From Selaginella moellendorffii (lineage: Eukaryota > Plantae > Lycopodiophyta): a DNA stretch of 64,000 nucleotides. This document shows positions 22,230 to 35,344 of the stretch, piece by piece. The stretch covers positions 762,574-826,573 of the forward strand of contig NW_003314345.1 of NCBI RefSeq assembly GCF_000143415.4, written 5' to 3'. The notes beneath the pieces are model-generated. The model was given only the letters and a program-made list of their open reading frames with translations, had not been told where the DNA came from and did not search any database. A program made the position numbers and the translations under genes. How positions within the stretch are numbered: the first letter of the stretch is position 1; each line of letters starts with the position of its first letter.

Positions 22230-24260
22230 ATGTCGGTGGCGGCCAGCTTGATCCTCCTCCTCTTCTTGTCCTCTCGAGTTTCTCCATCAAATTCTACTTC
22301 TTCGTCCTCGCCAATTAACACTACTGCTGCTTCATCGATCACTCAAGCCCAAGATCAAGCTCCATGGCTGCACCGGGACGATGAGTTTTGCCTCAATCTC
22401 ACAGCCTCCCCAGATCTCGAGAAGTTCGTGGACGCGCTCCCAACAATTCCGGTGATCTCCCTGTTCAGGAACCCCAGGATCACAATCGGAGCCTACAAGA
22501 TCACCCAGGTTTGACTTTGGCTACCATTGACTACACCGTTGACAATGCGCTGACTCGATTGACCTGTCCCAGAAACTCCACAGGGACCTCCCACCCACGA
22601 CGCTCTACGCCTTTGGTACCAGCCAGTCAACGGCCACGTACCCCGGCCCAACGCTGGTCGCCCAGCAGGGTCAAACCGCGTGGGTTCGCTGGGAGAACCA
22701 CATCCCCGACGTGGAGCCCATGCTGCCGTTGGATCGGAGCCTAGACTGGGCGAATCCACGGCTGGGCGGCGTGCCGCACGTTGTCCACAACCACGGTCAA
22801 GAGGACCCGCCCTGGTCGGACGGTCACCCCCAGGCGTGGTTCACCCCACTTGGGGAGCACGGCCCCAGTTACGTCACTCAGGACTACGTCTACCCGAACG
22901 AGCAGCTCCCCACCACGCTGTGGTACCACGACCATACGTACGGGATCACGCGGCTTAACATCGCCGCGGGGCTCGTGGGGGTATATCTGGTGGAATCTTC
23001 CGCGTTGACTCCTTCGTGGGTTCCTCGCGAGTACCATACATTGCTCATCCAAGACAAGGCGTTCTTTGCGGATGGAGGGATTAAGTATCCCAGCGTGGGG
23101 ATCAACCCTAGCGTCCACCCGGTGTGGTGCCCGGATTACTTTGGCGATGTGGTGCTAGTTAATGGCAAGGCCTGGCCGTATCTCAATGTTTATCCCAGGA
23201 TCTATAGGTTCCGGCTCGTCAACGCTGCCAATTCCAAGTAAGTTGGATCTGTTCTTCCAATTTTGCTTTTGTTAAGGGTTCCATTTGATAACCTTTACCA
23301 CCTTTTGTCGTCAGGTTTTTCGTTCTCACGCTGAGCGACGATTCCTTGCGTTTTATCAAGATTGGATCCGACAGTACTTTCCTGCGAACTCCAATCTCCC
23401 AAAGCACCATGCGAATCGCACCAGCCGAGCGCTGGGACTTTGTCATTGACTTCTCCCGCGTTCGTCCCGGAGGCACGATCGAGATGCGCAACATCGGCGC
23501 CACTCCATTCCCAGCCGGACCCCCAGCAAACCAGAGCGTCATGCTCTTCCGGGTCGTCCATGAGCCCGAACGGAAGAACCCACCAGCCAGCAACTTCCCA
23601 GCTCCAATCCCGGTGGAAAATCTCTTGCAGATGCCTCCAGCTCGCATGATCGAGGAGACCACTGGCTTGAAACTCACAGACTCGGAGTGGTACCGCCTCT
23701 ACAATCGCCCATTTGTGACAAGCGCCCAGTTCGACTCGGGTATGGGTCTCACCGGGCTTTTCCTCCAGGATCACCTCCACTTTAACGATCCGGCTACTGA
23801 GGTTATGAAGCTCTACTCCGACGAAGTTTGGGTTTTCATCAATGTCCTCCAGACCAGCCATCCAATTCATCTCCACCTCGTCAACTTTCTCATAGTCGCT
23901 AGCCAAACTTTCAACGTTACAAGATTTCTGGAGAACTCGTGTTCTTTCCACTTCGGCTACCCGGATCCCAGGAGCTGCTACACGGCTCCACTCCAAGGGC
24001 CCGACCAGGATCAACTCGGCCTCAAGGACACGGGCGTGATCGCTGCTGGCACGGTTACGTGGTTTTACGTGACAGCATCGCCAAACTATGGCACCCGGTA
24101 TTCGTTTGATCCCACCGCGTCTCCTCACTACATTTGGCACTGCCACCTGTTGGAGCACGAAGACAATGAGATGATGCGACCATTTGTCATGTCTGATACT
24201 CGGGCTTTGATGGTTAATGCGTCGTTCCCTCCACTGGATATCATGAGGCAGTATGGCTAA
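22230..24260 (+). CDS. LPR1: Multicopper oxidase, LPR1/LPR2-like. Exons 22230-22508, 22573-23237, 23315-24260 (629 aa)
   Basis: Signal peptide, LEKFVDALP, KLHRDLPPTTLYAFGTS. Cu motifs HNHG, WYHDH, HPIHLH, HCHLLEHEDNEMM. GT-AG introns keep frame. Symbol is family-level. Confidence 0.92.
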
Positions 24261-25218
24261 GGGAAGAGGCAGTGCAAATGCTAAGCGATTTGACAATAAA
24301 TTGAATATTACACAGAAAATTTAATAAAGGTAACATTGATTTAAGATGGGATCTCCCACGTGATGACGTTTTCTTTCGGAGTCGAGCAACTAATGGAGGA
24401 GAGTGCTTTCAAATAGTTTTTGCATTTTATTATGCTCCAAAAGGTGGTAGAGAGTCAAATGAATACTGTGCGAAGTGCTTTTTGGATCACGAGCCCTCCA
24501 AATAACTTATCACGTTGAAATCCTCAAGCCAAATTAACAGTGTACTGTACAGAAGAGTAGTCTAGCTTTGGAAACCATTGGATGAAAACTTCTGTTGGAA
24601 GCTTTTAAAAATGAAACGTGCCTTTAAACATTATCAAGTCAATGGATGTCCTCAAGAAATGATGATATAATCATGTTTAAAAACATTTACGGGAATTCGA
24701 TCCATCGATCTAGCGCTAGCCGAGCTCATACTCGCGGAGAGAAAGTATACGGTTTCATGGGTCATCAAGTTGAATATTGTCAACGAATGTAAGCAGAGAG
24801 AAGTTAATAAGCAGACAAAAAAGTTTTTTTTTTCTAAGTGTGGAGTGGTGTTGATAAGTTTCAAGTCCAGATGGAGATGCAATATAAATTAACAAATGAG
24901 CCACGTGTCAAAAAAGAATCACGTAGGAGAAGAGAAAGAAAAACCTTGACAAATGTACACTACCATCGAGTGATATATATACCTATCGCTTTGGAGACTG
25001 ATTTTTTGCGTTTTTTTTTTAACATCAGAATGTGGCGGCCGTTTTCAATAGGAGGATCTATAAAAAATATGACTTATGAGAAGCTGAGAACCATTGTCGC
25101 CAAAGCCTTGTCCAACAGGTTTCTTTGTCATCGTTTTCTTGCTGCCGTCTTTCTATTCTAGAACGAATTTACATTTATAGAGAAGAGCTTGACATATTTC
25201 TCAGCTAGAAATACAGAC

Positions 25219-26125
25219 ATGGCTCGGCAGACAATGTTTCATGTGTTATTGCAAAAAATTCCAGGATTATGTATTTATGTGAGACAGATCAAAAGATGGG
25301 AATCTATGTGGGAAGTCTCTTCTTCTATGCGCCAGAAACTAGAACTTCGCATGTGGATCACCTCAAATCGTCCCTGGCTGAGGTGTTGGATTCAGATGAT
25401 TTCTGGGGCGGAATGCTGAGATTCGGAGCTGGAGATCGACTGTAGCAATCAAGGAACTTTCTTCACATTTGCTACTTCTGATCTTGGCATGGAACAAGTG
25501 ACAGCTGATGACTTGGATGATTTTTTTCTCTTTCGACGATGACAATATTAAAACCTCGGAAGATCTTCCATCGTTGAGGATCCAGGTACGCCACAAAACT
25601 CACATAAGTTTTTTAGAAAGCTTTTCTCCATAGGTGACTCACATGTTGGTAATGGCTACTCAATTTGATAATGTTTCACCATGTTTTGGTTGATGCAGCA
25701 TTCATTATCACAACCTTGCATCGATCAACCGGGCGATGGTATCTATAAGGCCCCAAATGGCAAGCTCAAGCAAGTTGTTCGACAAAGGACCCTTGACTTG
25801 CACCACTTTTGAGGCTCTGGCAGCTTTGATATGGTGAACACACGCTCGATCCATCCCAGGCAAATCTAGCAATGATGTTCTTCACCTTGAAATTTTGGTA
25901 TGACCCACCCTTATCCTTGCGTTCTATCCGGTGCATGCCGACACTTATGGATATCCGCAAGCTTCTACTCGTTGCTCGACTGCAAAAGACGAAAAATGAA
26001 TGACAAATGAATACGTTCGATCTGGACGAGATTTTTTCCATCTCAATCCCAACTGCACCGATGGTGATCAAAGCGTGGTCCCGACTGATGTAAAAGCTCC
26101 TGGTTGGGGTAAGCCTTCACAAGTA
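25219..26125 (+). pseudogene. BAHD acyltransferase pseudogene (deleted/frameshifted copy of 29687-31067)
   Basis: Colinear blocks (GATCGACTGTAGCAATCAAGGAAC, GAGGATCCAGGTACG, GGTTGGGGTAAGCC) with many indels. Confidence 0.88.
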
Positions 26126-27009
26126 ATTCCCTGACGCTTAGTCTTGGAAACTATAATCCCTAGGGGTATCTTTATTCAACTTTTCAACACCCTTTAACTA
26201 GAATAATCTAGAATATTTTACCTATTCACAGGAAAAATAAATAAAATAAAATAAACTAATTAAATTGATTGCTGACAAATCCATGAAATATGTGTAACTT
26301 CATGGCATTGTCTATAATGGAAAGTTGTTTTCTTTCAACAAATGTTTTTGTTTATACATGAATTTTCTTTAAACAACTAAGAGGACGATTTGTACTCAGT
26401 GGCTGTGTCCAAATCAAAAGGATAGATAACACTTATATATATCCCATAGTATACCTTAATTGAGTAATAATGTATGATTTCTTCCAAAATATAATAGCTA
26501 CAATTGCATGAATACATGGATTATTAATTTTATGTCAATTGAAGCAAGAAGAAGTTGTTTTGGCAATGTTTTGAGTGACTCTTGAATATTGTAATATCAA
26601 CCAACCAAACAATATAATAATAAGTATAAATGGATGCTTCACAAATTTGAGCCTTCCATTAAATTAATGGAAGCCATATCAATTTTGATCTAATGACTTT
26701 TAATCAAAGAGAATGGCTTAAGAAATAATTTATTAATATAGCACATCTGATAATAGGATGAGATTTAAATATAACTGTGGATCTTTAAAACTTTAAAGGA
26801 TAAATAGGGATAAAATAACTATTAATTAAGTAAGAATAACTATTAATTAAGTTTTCTAAATTTAGCTATGTTTTCTATTACATTTTGCATTGCCACCTTT
26901 TAGAGCACTTTCATGATATAATTACAATCTTAGATGGGAGAGCTAGATCATTCACTTGAGGACATTTCTAGGTGGTCTAGAGTTTAGTGGGATTCATTGT
27001 AGAGAGCCA

Positions 27010-27360
27010 CCTAAACAGCTTTGTCAATCTCATTTAACATTAAAAGCTTTCTAGAGAACTCATGTTCTTTTCACTTTGGGTAACCAGATCCCCCAGCAGC
27101 TACACAATTTCATTCTTGGGTAGGATTAACTTGGCCACTTTGGGTAACCAGATCCCCCAGCAGCTACACAATTTCATTCTTGGGTAGGATTAACTTGGCC
27201 AAGGATATGGGCATGATTGCCACCAGCACTATTACATGGTTTTATATGATGACTGTGCCCCACGGTCACGCGGTCACTTGTCTACTTGTTTGATTCCACC
27301 ACATCTCCTTAATATACTACATTGGCATTGCTGCCTTTTGAAAACATGAAGCTGATGTGG
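27010..27360 (+). pseudogene. Degenerate 3' fragment of LPR-like oxidase with an internal 64-bp tandem duplication (27072-27199)
   Basis: Aligns by eye with about 23880-24170 (FLENSCSFHFG, ITWFY, HCH region). Confidence 0.7.
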
Positions 27361-27909
27361 CTTCTTGTTATGTTTCATAGGCAAGAGTTGAGGAAGTTGA
27401 AGATCTACACAGCTGGAGAAGCTCTTAGGCATAATACAGTGTGAGTGCATATGAGATGTAACATGGTATTAGAAGTTCATTTTGGTTAGCATCATTTATT
27501 AGTGTTAGTAAATTGTGTTTAGCACCTGTATTTAGCCAGATGGACATAAGGTAGGAACTTCTATGTGTTTCTTGCTGAGTATGCTTGGCTTGGCTCTTAA
27601 TTCTGTTTTGCTCTATCTTGCATTGACTTGAAGAGAACCTTTGCGTATTGAGACTAGTCCCTCAATAATGCTAAATGATAGCTTACCGTGTTTGCCAAAC
27701 ACCCTACCCTTTATGTTAGTACCATTTTGTCCTAAATATTATTTATGGAAAGTGTCGAGATTTTCTCATTTGGCATATCTACGGAATGTAGAGATTGTCT
27801 TGAACACAATGGTGTTTATCTCATGTCCAAATTCACAATCTACGGACATTCCATATTTAGTAAATTTCAAACTTGTCCCAGAGACTAACTCCTGGTACTA
27901 AAGGTGGCT

Positions 27910-28351
27910 AAGAGGGGGTTGTAGGGGGTTCTAAATGTATAGTAAGGATAGTGGGTAGATTGGGCATAGCAAACCAACTTGAGGCATAGTCTAGCTCTTG
28001 CTTGCGTGTTTGTCTTTGTGTTGCGTCTAGCTTGGGTCTAAGCCTAAATTCCATGGTGGAGTCTCACGTTAGGCCACCAGTATGCTGAAATAGCACCAGA
28101 CTTCATTTGGCTCTGTTTTGCATGTTGGTCCTGGCATTGGGATGCTAGATACTCTAGGACAGTTCCAAGTCACTCCGCGCTTCTGTCCCTTTGCTCCTTA
28201 GGCTGTATGCTTAGGAGTTGTTCCATGCTCCAGTGCCATCGTTCCTTGGGTTCATGCTTAAGAGTTTGGCACCATTCCTTCATTTAGTGGCCCAAGGCTC
28301 TGAAACTTAGGTTCTGCATTGCTATCCTTTGGATGTGTGGCATGTGTCACA
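27910..28351 (+). mobile_element. Possible LTR remnant
   Basis: AAGAGGGGG purine tract just before TGTAGG, ends TGTCACA. No partner LTR seen. Confidence 0.3.
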
Positions 28352-28469
28352 TAGCATATGGATGGTTTAGGTTCACTTCATGGTTATCCTATAGTAAAAC
28401 ACTATAGAATAAAAGGTGAAAACCACATGCACGATTCTGGAGATCTGGAGTGCGAGAGAGCTAGAGCAT

Positions 28470-28825
28470 GATGGGCAATTCCACAGAGCCGCCAGCGTCC
28501 ACGTAGAGCTGGGAAATCCCCAAGGTTGCCGCAAATTCCAGCTTCACAGATGGTGTGGCGTCACGGGATGTCAAGCTCGGCAGTGGCGATAGTCGTGTGT
28601 GGGTCAAGCTCTATCTCCCCGCGGCAGCACTCCAGATCAATTCCAAGTGCAAGCTCCCAATTGTGGTCCATGTCCATGGTGGAGGATTCGTCCGATTCAG
28701 CGCTGCCACGTCCTTGTACCACGATTTCTGCAAGAACGTAGCCACTGATGCCACTGCTCTTGTTGTCTTGCTCAACCACAGATTTGCGCCGGCCTCACGC
28801 CTCCCCGCCGCCTACCAAGACCTGA
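28470..28825 (+). pseudogene. Carboxylesterase (CXE/GID1 family) N-terminal fragment
   Basis: ASRDVKL..VWVKLYLP..LPIVVHVHGGGF..YHDFC..RFAPASRLPAAYQD. No GxSxG half follows. Confidence 0.82.
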
Positions 28826-29686
28826 GTATGCCAATCTCTTTGAATTTAACATATCGTCTGAAGCCAAGATATTTAGTAAGGAAAGGAAGTGTGAGAGAAT
28901 GGGAAAGCAATTGGAGAAACATGAGCTGAGCTCAAGGACCCTAATGTACTAACACATCCTAAACTTAATTCATCATACTCACATTAATATGAGTTTCTTG
29001 AAAACTATATATAAGTTTTTGCTACAAGTTTCTCAAGGATCTCCTAGTGCACTCTTTCCATGCCTGGAGACATGTATGAACTAAAAAGACTGGTTAAATT
29101 GACTTGCACTGTTTATAGCTCATCTTATCAATCGGAATCTAGCAGCAAGAAAACGACAGAAAAGAAAACTGTTTGCTAACTTCAGAACGGCAATGGAGAT
29201 TAGAAATGTTTTTATTTGTCACGTCAGTGGTGTCATTCCATTTGGCAGCTCTATTCCATGAGGATAGAGCATACGTTTTGTCTCAGCTATATCTCCACCA
29301 CATAGCTTTGATCCTCCATAGAACTTTCAGTAGTTTCCAACACTTCATTATGGCTGTGCTTTGATTTATATATGAGAATTTCAACGTGATAAGCTCTTTA
29401 GGCTAGGAGCTCACAGGCCCATTCGTTTAATATTCTGCCACCTTTTGAAACATAATAAAATGCAAAAATTATTTTAAAGAAATGGTTTCATGGTGTACTT
29501 GGGGCGGCTGTTTTCAATAGAAGCTTTGAATCCTCAAAACGGAGACAACCATTGCCGTCCAAGCCTTGACCAACAGGTTTCTTTGCCATCGTTTTCTTGC
29601 TGCCATCTTGCTATAAAATAGGAAAGTCAGGCGTTGCTCGAAACAGTCATTCGTTACATAATTCTTAGATCTCAAGCAATACATAC

Positions 29687-31067
29687 ATGGCTCCAGGCAT
29701 GGTGAGAGTTTGCAATGTTTCATGTGTTATTCCCAAGAATCCAGGCCCCAATCGTACTATGTATTTATGTGATATGGATCAAAAGGTTGGATACTATGTG
29801 AGAACTCTATTCTTTTATGCGCCAGAAACTAAGACTTTGGATGTGGATCGTCTCAAATCGTCCCTGGCTGAGGTGTTGGATTCACATGATTTCTGGGGTG
29901 GAAGGCTGAGATTCAATGAAAATGGGCGTATGGAGATCGACTGTAGCAATCAAGGAACTTTCTTCACATTTGCTACTTCTGGTCTTGGCATGGACCAAGT
30001 GACAGCTGATGACTTGGATGATTTTTTCTCTTTCGACGATGACAAGATTAAAACCTTGGAAGATCTTCCATTGTTGAGGATCCAGGTACGTAGTTACAGC
30101 AAACATATAAGCTAGAAACTTGGATTTTAAACTGCTTTCTCTACAGGTGACTCACATGCTTGGAGACAATGGTTACGCAATTTCGATATTGTTCCACCAT
30201 GCTTTGGTTGATGCAACATCTGCTATCAATTTCCTGCTCAACCTTGCATCCATCAACCGGGGAGATGGTCTCTATATGCTACCAAATGGCGACCGGACTC
30301 GACTTAAATTCCGGGATCCACCACAAGTAAATTTTGAGCACGAAGAGTTTTCTATACAAACACCTCACAATGGTGGGGTCGGTGTCTTTACTTTCACCAA
30401 GGAGTCGGTGATTAGCTCGGAGTTGAGGCAAAAAATGGCTCCAAAGAACGAGAGGAAGACCTTCCTCTTCAGGTTTGACAAGCTCCGCGAGCTCAAGAAA
30501 GCTGTTCTAGACGAAGGACCTTTGAGTGAATGCTCCACTTTCGAGGCTCTGGCAGCTTTGATCTGGCGAGCCCACGCTCGATCCATCCCAGGCAAATCGA
30601 ACAACGATGTTCTTCACCTTGGATTTGTAGTGGATACAAGAAACATCCTGGATCCGCCATTGGGTGAAAACTTCTGTGGCAATGCGTTCTATCCAGCATA
30701 TACCGAGCTGACACTTATGGATATATGCAAGCTTCCACTCTCTTCCGTCGTTGCTCAAGTGCAAGAGGCAAAAACACGAGTGACGAATGAATACGTTCGA
30801 TCTGGACGAGATTTTCTCCATCTCAATCCCAACTGTTGGTACCGACGGTGTGAGACGGTGATCAATGCTTGGCCCCGGCTGATGCAGAAGTCCCTGGAGC
30901 TCGACTTTGGTTGGGGTAAGCCATCACGAGTGGAATTTCCACTGGATCCACGATCCTCGGTTATCGCGTTCCTCCCGTTTAGCTGGGATGGGATTTTAGT
31001 CTCGGTCTCTGCTAATGGCATTGCACTTGGCATCTTTGAAGATGCTATAGCACAATTCTACAAGTAA
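29687..31067 (+). CDS. BAHD acyltransferase. Exons 29687-30085 and 30147-31067 (439 aa)
   Basis: HALVD (HxxxD) and DFGWG motifs. Single phase-0 intron at the conserved Q position (IQ|VT). Confidence 0.94.
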
Positions 31068-31669
31068 TGCCTTCTTATTGTCTTCGGAAATTTACAAGGC
31101 AAATCCGTAACATATTCCTCTTTGCTTTGATTTTATCTGATTTTAATTAATTCTGATTGTATATGCAAAATGCCGGACTTTAAAAGTTCACTAAGCATAG
31201 AGTGTTTTTCTAGCTTGGAAACTCTTCTTATTTGGTTATAGCATTAAAGAATCCCCATTTGAAAGTGGTAGCAACGTCTTTGTATATAGACGGAAATAAC
31301 AACAGATAATAGATATGGCTGATTTTATTGGAAATTTTAAAATACATTATGATTAAAGTGGTTTCAACTTGGTATCATGTCTCCAGTTCAGACCTCGATG
31401 AAGCCATGCATTTCTAGCAAATCAAATTTGGCAATTCCATCAACCATGCATGTCGTTCAGTCACGGTTAGCATTAAGGTTTTACCTCAAAAGTTAGTGCA
31501 GGCTCAAAGGAGTAAGCTTGATTTGTGCAGGCTCAAGCTTTGACCTATGTCAAACTCCAGGCATCGCTACACCAGTTCCTATTTCCAGCTTCAGTTCCAG
31601 TTTGTTCTACACTGTCCCTGAGTTCTTCCAACTAGCGAGCGTGCTTTGTGTGAAAAACCACAACTCTCT

Positions 31670-31955
31670 CCATGATGGCTGGTCAGAATCCCACTGAGCG
31701 CGGATCCTTAATCTTGGTGTCCTCCCCACCAGCCATCCAATCCATCTCCACTTCGCCAACTTTGTCATTGTCGCTAGCCAAGCTTTCAACCTTGCTGCCT
31801 GCATACCAGGAGCTGTCCGGCCAGACAACTCGGCCTCAAGGACACAGCCGCCAACACGGTTACATCGCCAAACTATGGCCCACGGTAGTTGTTTGATTCC
31901 AGCGTCTAAATTGGCACTGCCACATTTTGGAGCACGAAGACAAAGAGATGAAACA
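31670..31955 (+). pseudogene. Degenerate LPR-like oxidase 3' fragment
   Basis: CAGCCATCCAATCCATCTCCAC (SHPIHLH), CAACTCGGCCTCAAGGACAC, TGGCACTGCCACATTTTGGAGCACGAAGAC (WHCHILEHED). Confidence 0.8.
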
Positions 31956-32199
31956 ACCTCTTGTCCTTGTTCCCTCTGATGAAGATCACGGCTAAGAAAA
32001 GAGAATTTTTCATTATAAAAAGAAAATGATATTGTTGTTAGTAATGAAGCCATTAAAAAATTGACAGATGTATCTCATAAATGTATGACTTTTAAATTGA
32101 TCTCTTAGAAGAGGTGAGAACAAATGTGAAAGTTCGCACACATTTTTACCAATTTTCCAGCAAATCCAAGGATTTTTGAAATTCAAAATAGATGCTGCT

Positions 32200-32505
32200 T
32201 GGAGAAATACGCTCACCTCTGCTTGGTGCCTCGCACCAGCCCTCTCTCAGCGCCTCTGCCAGAGCCTCCGGGCCGGTCTCTGCTCAATCACGCCCTAGCA
32301 CCTTGCGCAGTGCCAAATCTTGGCACCTCTCAGCCACGTCCGGGCATTGTCATCCTCGCTAGCCTCTTCAGCCAGCACCATCATCCCAGGATCTGGAGCC
32401 CCTCAGGGCTCCGATACCATGAAGAGATATGTGGAAGCTGTGATGTTATATATCGACTATCTTTCAAGTCATCTTTGTCCATCGTAGCGTCCGCATATCT
32501 CTTCA
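32200..32505 (-). mobile_element. Remnant of an LTR element with an 86-bp LTR (32420-32505) and tRNA-iMet PBS (32408-32419)
   Basis: GCTCCGATACCA abuts TGAAGAGATATGTGGA...TCCGCATATCTCTTCA (15/16 terminal inverted repeat). Left boundary approximate. Confidence 0.65.
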
Positions 32506-33527
32506 AATCACCGATGAACTTGGTCACCTGCGGGAGCAAGCAAAAAATAGGATTAGAAACACTCCCTCGAGCTACCAAGTTGAGGACGCTACGATGGGCA
32601 CAGCGGCCTGGAGGCGGCTCAGTATATCTACGACCATCTCTGGCAAAACTTGCAAAGTGTGTGCTCGATTCTTTTGCTGTATGGTAGTCTCTAACTCTTC
32701 TTCTTCCAGGACTTGCTTCGCAGGAGGGTGACTTCACGAGCGATGTTTTGCGAAGAGTGATCTTGTCAACCGAGGATGGTTTCGAGAGATACGTCGCTGG
32801 CTCCTGGGCATTAAGACCACAGATCGCGACGGTTGGATCGTGCTGCCTCGTCGGGTTGATACGAGGGAACCAACTGTTCGTCGCCAACTTGGGCGATTCG
32901 AGGGCGGTCATGGGAACTTTCCTGGGACGGGATAACAGGATCACAGCGATTCAGCTCTCTGCTGAGCACAATGCCAGCATAGATGCCGTGCGTCAGGAGC
33001 TCAAGGACTTACATCCAGACGACTCACACATTGTCGTTCTCAGGCATGGAGTCTGGCGTGTCAAAGGGATAATCCAGGTACAGTCTCGATCTGGGTGTGA
33101 TCCTCGAGTATGGAGTTCGCCTGTACTACAGCTATGGAGAAGTCGCCAAATGCGTGCTTCCCAATGTCGTGGAGCCAGAAGAGAGCATCGTTGCGACTGG
33201 GAGCTGTGGCGCCGATATGGACATACTCTCCAGCATCCTACTACCATCTTCGACAGTCGTGCCAGCATCCCTCATTTCATCACAAAAATTCCACGCGTTC
33301 CACAAACCTGTGCATTCTTCCTCATCTTTATCCCTCCATCGATCAGCCAACCTCGTTTCGCATGGCGCCCTGGAAACCATGGAGACAGCAGTCCGCCAGA
33401 TTGCTCAGCATATCAATTGCGAGTCATGCAAATGGCAAGAAATGCCCCAATCAACGGATTGGAGAGCGGAGGACCAGAAATGGAGCTGGGTAGCCGCTTG
33501 CTGCAGCTGGAATTCGAGGAAGAAGCC
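32506..33527 (-). pseudogene. Partial PP2C-D duplicate with an internal inversion (about 32589-33080)
   Basis: 32506-32588 matches 38783-38865, 32589-33080 matches the reverse complement of about 38866-39358, and 33083-33527 matches about 39385-39840. Confidence 0.9.
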
Positions 33528-33954
33528 CATCAACTCTCACACCATGCATATAAATTAAATGCCAAGATCCAATCTCTCTTAAAAAAACTTACATTTAGAT
33601 AATTTTGAATAAAGTTTGTTGTCTTTCAAAAATTGCAAAACATTTTATATATGCATCTTATGTGTAGAGTTAAACATTACAATATCATTAAAATAGTCAA
33701 TCACAAACTTCCCTAAATAACCTAGTGCAAGTTATGCAGCAACCCCTACACATGCACTAAGCCACTCTAATCCTGGCACTCAGCAAGACTCATCCTCCTT
33801 GCTAGCCTCTTCTTTGCTAGCGTCCATTGTCCCACCTTCAAAGGCAAAAACTAAAGAGGCTCACAACCTTTGATATTATACTGTGATGATATTTGAGCAT
33901 ATACCGCTTGTTTTATGACATGGTATTGGTAATCTCCAACAATCCCCCCATGTA

Positions 33955-34000
33955 GTTGGCACTGCCACCTTTTAAAGCACGAAGACAATGAGGTGATGCT
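33955..34000 (+). pseudogene. Short LPR-like oxidase fragment (HCH...HEDNE motif)
   Basis: TTGGCACTGCCACCTTTTAAAGCACGAAGACAATGAGGTGATG resembles 24134-24176. Confidence 0.6.
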
Positions 34001-34095
34001 CTAAGCCACAGATTCAAAGCTCGAGTATCAGGTATGACAAGGGCATGGAGAAGAGTGTAAACGCTAATTCAAGAAAAGAAGCCGAGAAAGCTTCC

Positions 34096-35344
34096 CTACA
34101 TGTCCCAATTATTTTTTGCAGGAAATCGGAGTTCTGGGATTTCCGCAGTTCCTATGAATCCCATTGCAATTGCCCCCTTTGAAGAGCTTATAACACACTC
34201 CACTCGTGATGGCTTTCCCCAACCAAAGTCGAGTTCCAAAGACTTTCGCATCAGCCTCGGCCAAGCGTTGATCGTCGTCTCACATGGCTGGTACCAGAAG
34301 TTCGGATTGAGGTAGAGAAAATCCCGTGCAGAACGAACAGACTCATTTGTCAATCGCTTTTTCGCCTCCTGGATTAGAGCAACGATGGAGGAGAGTGGAA
34401 GCTCGCCTAGATCCGCGAGTGAGAGCTCGGTATGCGCTAGATATATCGAATTACCGCAGAAGTTTTCACCCAATGGAGGATCCAGAATGTCAACTGTGAA
34501 TCCAAAGTGAAGAACATCGCTGCTGGATTTGCCTAGGATGGATCGAGCGTGGGATCGCCAAATCAGAGCTGCCAGATCCCTCGCTCAAGATTCCTTCGTC
34601 CAGAACAGCTTGCTTGAGCTTGTCAAACGTGAAGAGAAAGGTCTTCCTCTCAATTTTTGAAGCCGTTTTCCTCTTCGATTCGGAGCTAATCACAGACTCC
34701 TCGGTGAGAGTGTAGATACTGTGGCCACCATTGAGAGGTATCTGTTTAGAAAGCTCTTTGTGCTCGAAGCTCACCCGCGGTGGATCTCGGTATTTAAGTT
34801 CCATTTGGTCTTATATAGAGACCATCTCCCCGGTTGATGGATGCAAAGTTGAGCAGGAAATTGATACCAGAGGTTGCATCAACCAAAGTGTGGTGGAACA
34901 ATACCGACATTGCGTAGCCATCATCAAGGAAACGAGTTACTTGTAGGCAACAAGCTCATGCCACAGGGGCTGGGTAATTTTTGAGTTGAGTTCAAGTCAA
35001 CAGAAGTCAACATAGTCTAGGTTTTAATCTTGCATCAAAGTGATCAGCGTCACTTGATCCAAGCTAAGATCACACGTTGCAAACGTGAAAAAAGCTCCCT
35101 GGTTGCTACAGCTGATCTCCATACGCCCATGTTCATTGAAGTGCAGCCTTCCAGCCCAGAAATCATATGAACCCAATACCTCAGCCACAGATGATTTGAG
35201 GCGATCCACATCCAAAGTCTTAGTTTCTGGCCCATAGGAGAAGATACTTCTCACATAGAATCCCAGCTTTTGATCCGCATCCATTATGCGGTTAGGGCCT
35301 GGATTCCTTGCAACAACACATGAAACACTGCAAACTTTCACCAT
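34096..35344 (-). pseudogene. BAHD acyltransferase pseudogene (inverted paralogue)
   Basis: MVKVCSVSCVV start, HHTLVD and DFGWG present, but split over several frames. Confidence 0.85.

Noticed and set aside
22230-24260. Recent bacterial transfer of a CotA/bilirubin-oxidase-like gene
   Set aside because: It has spliceosomal introns and matches the established plant LPR1 family.
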